This document shows positions 55,241 to 56,120 of a DNA stretch of 56,120 bases, piece after piece. The DNA is from a virus (taxonomy: Duplodnaviria; Caudoviricetes). Below the pieces are notes generated by a model that saw only the letters and a program-made list of their open reading frames with translations, was not told where the DNA came from and did no database searches. Where the stretch lies: IMG/VR virus record IMGVR_UViG_3300036759_000011, positions 1-56,120 of that record, one strand, 5' to 3'. The position numbers were made by a program, and so were the translations under genes. Positions within the stretch are counted from its first letter, which is position 1, and each line of letters starts with the position of its first letter.

Positions 55241-55660
55241 ATGCGTGATCTAGACGCAATCGCACGGGCCGATGAAAAGCGCCGGAGGAATCGCAAGATT
55301 CTCGATGACGCAATCATCGCAGGCAAGACTTCGCAAAGCTACGTGGATACCATGCTCGAATGGTACAACAACGCTTCGCGGTCAAAAACCGTCACCCATG
55401 ATGTGATGGATAAGGGAATCGGCGCGGTTATTCCTCCGCGCAAGTATCCAAAGACTCCTGCAAGGCTGACGTACACAAACGAGGCAAAGCAGGAAGGTAC
55501 CACTCCCAACATCGCGGTTTGGTATCCCGGCGCGGACGAACCAGTCATCCGGCCTGCCAATACGAAAAAGTTTCACAAGCGAAGTTCTACCAAGGTGGTG
55601 AAAATTGCGAACACGGTAGAAACCGCCACAATCCGGCACGGTCACAACTTCAATAGCTAA
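55241..55660 (+). CDS. Basic hypothetical protein
   Basis: AACGGGAGG SD. Confidence 0.75.
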   Translation: MRDLDAIARADEKRRRNRKILDDAIIAGKTSQSYVDTMLEWYNNASRSKTVTHDVMDKGIGAVIPPRKYPKTPARLTYTNEAKQEGTTPNIAVWYPGADEPVIRPANTKKFHKRSSTKVVKIANTVETATIRHGHNFNS

Positions 55661-55729
55661 GTGGTTTTGGGTGACAATCCCTCATTCGAGGGATTGCATC
55701 CCAAAGCTCACTCAACTACAGTAGGAGTA
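55661..55729 (+). repeat. Double-hairpin intergenic cassette, diverged copy 3
   Basis: TTTGGG..CAATCCCTC/GAGGGATTG..CCCAAA, then an ACTC..GAGT stem. Confidence 0.55.
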
Positions 55730-55734
55730 CGGAA

Positions 55735-55848
55735 ATGATGATGTGGAAATGCAGTAAGGGTCATATGAACGTCGCACACAACATACCGCCTTTCCGCAAG
55801 TTTCCACGGCTGATTTGTTGGGCTTGTCACTTCTCGAAGGAAGGCTAA
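55735..55848 (+). CDS. Small Zn-ribbon peptide (not in track)
   Basis: AGGAG SD; CSKGH..CWAC. Confidence 0.55.
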   Translation: MMMWKCSKGHMNVAHNIPPFRKFPRLICWACHFSKEG

Positions 55849-55849
55849 C

Positions 55850-56098
55850 GTGACAGACAAGGAAATCTCGGCACTCTACAAGAAAACCAGCGCCACAGGG
55901 AAGAATTGGAAGTTTCAGGAAGGTCAAAAACTTCCCTTGACACACACTTCAGAGTGTGGTAAGTTTCATGGCAAGGCAGGTACAATTAAGCGCAGTCGCA
56001 AGGGTAGTGTTACCAGATTGCCTAACGGTAAGCGCTGGTATCCACATCCCGATAGTGACTATGGAACGTATGTAACTGCGTATTTGTATCATCCATAG
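55850..56098 (+). CDS. Basic hypothetical protein
   Basis: AAGGAAGG SD, GTG start. Confidence 0.6.
   Translation: MTDKEISALYKKTSATGKNWKFQEGQKLPLTHTSECGKFHGKAGTIKRSRKGSVTRLPNGKRWYPHPDSDYGTYVTAYLYHP
55937..55965 (+). promoter_or_regulatory. Sigma70/SigA-type promoter (intragenic)
   Basis: TTGACA-17bp-TAAGTT with TG. Confidence 0.65.
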
Positions 56099-56120
56099 GT
56101 ATCACGCAAATCGCACGAAC

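Larger units (their letters stand above)
1..56120. mobile_element. Bacteriophage genome (Caudoviricetes, contractile tail), apparently complete and circularly permuted
   Basis: Packaging, head, sheath/tube/baseplate, lysis and replication genes are all present and no host genes are seen; the early-gene block runs from 54661 across the window end into position 1. Confidence 0.93.

Overview
The window looks like a complete, circularly permuted ~56 kb tailed-phage genome with a contractile tail. The host is probably Gram-positive and most likely actinobacterial (inferred from an Rpf gene and Gram-positive-type LexA boxes). The + strand from ~54.6 kb, wrapping through 1-26.7 kb, carries many small early genes, then an SNF2 helicase, HTH regulators, a Cas4-like exonuclease, a Sak4-like ATPase, DUF669 SSB, a primase-helicase, dNMP kinase, UDG-fused DNA polymerase A, HNH, a RuvC-like resolvase and a secreted Rpf. 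The - strand from 54.2 kb down to 26.8 kb carries terminases, Mu-like head genes, sheath, tube, baseplate, fibres and a lysis cassette. I saw no integrase, ParA, tRNA or CRISPR. Main signals: (1) five perfect and three near-perfect LexA/SOS boxes (CGAAC-N4-GTTCG) near early, replication and late promoters, suggesting host LexA controls the phage; (2) up to seven proteins share an N-terminal helix, two with an identical 15-aa peptide encoded by synonymously diverged codons; (3) a candidate programmed -1 frameshift outside the tail genes; (4) about 24 co-oriented AACGGGAG motifs; (5) repeated intergenic long-hairpin cassettes; (6) a stand-alone resuscitation-promoting factor. All calls come from reading motifs by eye; no database searches were run.
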